Source: an uncultured Chloroflexia bacterium | Lineage (GTDB): Bacteria; Chloroflexota; Anaerolineae; Anaerolineales; Villigracilaceae | NCBI GenBank assembly: GCA_963790075.1 | Contig: CAWBNG010000004.1 | Coordinates: forward strand, 234,917-258,916 | Reading direction: 5' to 3' | DNA: 24,000 nucleotides | In this document: one piece after another, positions 23,144 to 24,000 of the stretch | How the letters are laid out: each line of letters starts with the position of its first letter | Numbering within the stretch: the stretch's first letter is position 1 | The notes under the pieces: generated by a model | The model's input: only the letters and a program-made list of their open reading frames with translations | Told to the model about the DNA's origin: nothing | Databases searched by the model: none | Program-made: the position numbers and the translations under genes

Positions 23144-24000
23144 ATGCACCGATCCAGACCACATCTAAAGCATCTTCTTATCCTTCTGATCCTGGGCGTG
23201 ACTTTGTTGTCCGCCTGCAACCTGGGCGTGCAGGCCCCGCCGCAGCAGGCGCTCGGACCCTACCAGCTGGTGACTGCCAACCCGCTTGCCACTGTCACGG
23301 CGACGCCTTTCCAGCCGGCCCAGCCGACCGCGACCCCAATTCTGCCCACGCCGGTCTTGCCGACGCCTACACAAGTCCCGCCTACCCCAACCCCACTTCC
23401 GCCGACGCCGACCTCCACTCCTGCCCCGACCCAGCCGCCGCCCAGTCCGAACGGAGAGCGCACGCAGTACACCATGTACCTGGTGCTGGATTACGCGAGT
23501 CAGAATATGAAAGTGGACGAGACCATCCATTACACCAATCACACTGGCAGCGTGCTGAACGAGTTGATGCTGGCGGTCGAGCCGAATTTGTGGGGCGGCG
23601 CCTTCTCGCTGGTCGGCCTGAACGTAGACGGCGTGGTTGCCAACTACAGCCTGTCCGGACAGTCTATGCAGATCACGTTACCAAAGCCGCTCCAACCTGG
23701 CAGCGGGGTCAGCATTACCATGCAATTTTATCTATACATCCCCTACAAGTCCGCGCGTGGCATCTTTGGCTACGACGGTTACCAGCTCAACCTGATCGAC
23801 TGGTACCCATTCGTGGTGCCTTACGTCCCCGGCCAGGGCTGGGTGCTGCACAACGCCTGGCCTGACGGCGAGCACCTGGTCTACGACGCCTCCGACTTTG
23901 AGATCAACCTGCGGCAGACCGATCCGTCCATGGGATTGGTGATCGCCGCCAGCGCGCCGGGTGAGGCCAACGGCGACTGGACTCGCTACCGTCTTAACGC
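23144..24000 (+). CDS. lipoprotein, M1-family metallopeptidase paralogue 3, N-terminal 285 codons; runs off the right window edge
   Basis: The frame has no stop in the window, so the ORF track omits it. Signal peptide MHRSRPHLKHLLILLILGVTLLSAC followed by a ~55-aa Pro/Thr linker. The body then matches paralogues 1 and 2: QYTMYLVLDY, LAVEPNLW, IFGYDGYQLNLIDWYPFVVPY, GEHLVYDASDF and DWTRYRL. It starts 3 nt after the paralogue 2 stop. The catalytic motifs lie beyond the window. Confidence 0.78.
   Translation, partial: MHRSRPHLKHLLILLILGVTLLSACNLGVQAPPQQALGPYQLVTANPLATVTATPFQPAQPTATPILPTPVLPTPTQVPPTPTPLPPTPTSTPAPTQPPPSPNGERTQYTMYLVLDYASQNMKVDETIHYTNHTGSVLNELMLAVEPNLWGGAFSLVGLNVDGVVANYSLSGQSMQITLPKPLQPGSGVSITMQFYLYIPYKSARGIFGYDGYQLNLIDWYPFVVPYVPGQGWVLHNAWPDGEHLVYDASDFEINLRQTDPSMGLVIAASAPGEANGDWTRYRLN
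23282..23449 (+). repeat. low-complexity Pro/Thr-coding tract: the surface-linker region of paralogue 3
   Basis: Encodes PLATVTATPFQPAQPTATPILPTPVLPTPTQVPPTPTPLPPTPTSTPAPTQPPPSP, with reiterated CCGACGCC / ACCCCA units. Its complement generates the spurious Arg/Gly-rich minus-strand ORFs. Confidence 0.6.

Noticed and set aside
22583-23542. Minus-strand ORFs of 193 aa and 125 aa, including an RRRR/GRG-rich one
   Set aside because: They are antisense to M1 paralogues 2 and 3. The Arg/Gly richness is simply the complement of the Pro/Thr linker codons.
1-24000. Looked for CRISPR arrays, IS/transposase/integrase genes, tRNA/rRNA, toxin-antitoxin pairs and known defence-system signatures
   Set aside because: There are no direct-repeat/spacer periodicity, no terminal inverted repeats, and no recombinase-like ORFs. 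All intergenic gaps except 4720-5161 and 3098-3308 are under 125 nt, and those two are AT-rich promoter regions without cloverleaf-type GC-rich structure.

Overview
The window looks like ordinary chromosome. I saw no transposase, integrase, tRNA, rRNA or CRISPR array. Two ORFs run off the window edges and are therefore missing from the ORF track: PFOR on the left and a third M1-type paralogue on the right.

Layout from left to right:
1. A minus-strand block holds the first ~1032 codons of pyruvate:ferredoxin oxidoreductase, a Nudix hydrolase, and a LysM surface protein whose signal peptide lies in a different frame from its body.
2. A ~440-bp AT-rich control region precedes a tightly packed 10-gene plus-strand operon (5162-12334). 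Its order is DeoR regulator, unknown 168-aa protein, PTS EIIB(Gat), PTS EIIC(Gat), M42 peptidase-like, BtpA/SgcQ-like, pentulose-phosphate 3-epimerase-like, PTS EIIA, HPr, SDR dehydrogenase. This reproduces the family set of the functionally unassigned E. coli sgc cluster with extra parts.
3. A convergent GPH-family sugar:cation symporter shares a bidirectional hairpin terminator with the operon.
4. Next come a YprB/MrfB-like RNase-H-fold exonuclease with TPR repeats, a CPBP intramembrane protease, and an N-terminally anchored rhodanese.
5. A Fur-family (Zur-like) regulator has a perfect 7-1-7 palindrome against its own -10 element. It is followed by a small CxxC membrane ORF and znuA-znuC-znuB-like metal ABC importer genes.
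6. Directly behind znuB are three tandem paralogous lipoproteins that are short (~490 aa) M1-type gluzincin peptidases.

The best candidates for something undescribed are the zur / small ORF / znuACB / triple minimal-M1 lipoprotein array and the extended sgc-type PTS island with its unknown 168-aa protein. All functional calls come from motif recognition by eye. No database search was run. Taxonomy cannot be fixed from this window; PFOR plus Pro/Thr-linker lipoproteins only loosely suggest a Chloroflexota-like anaerobe.
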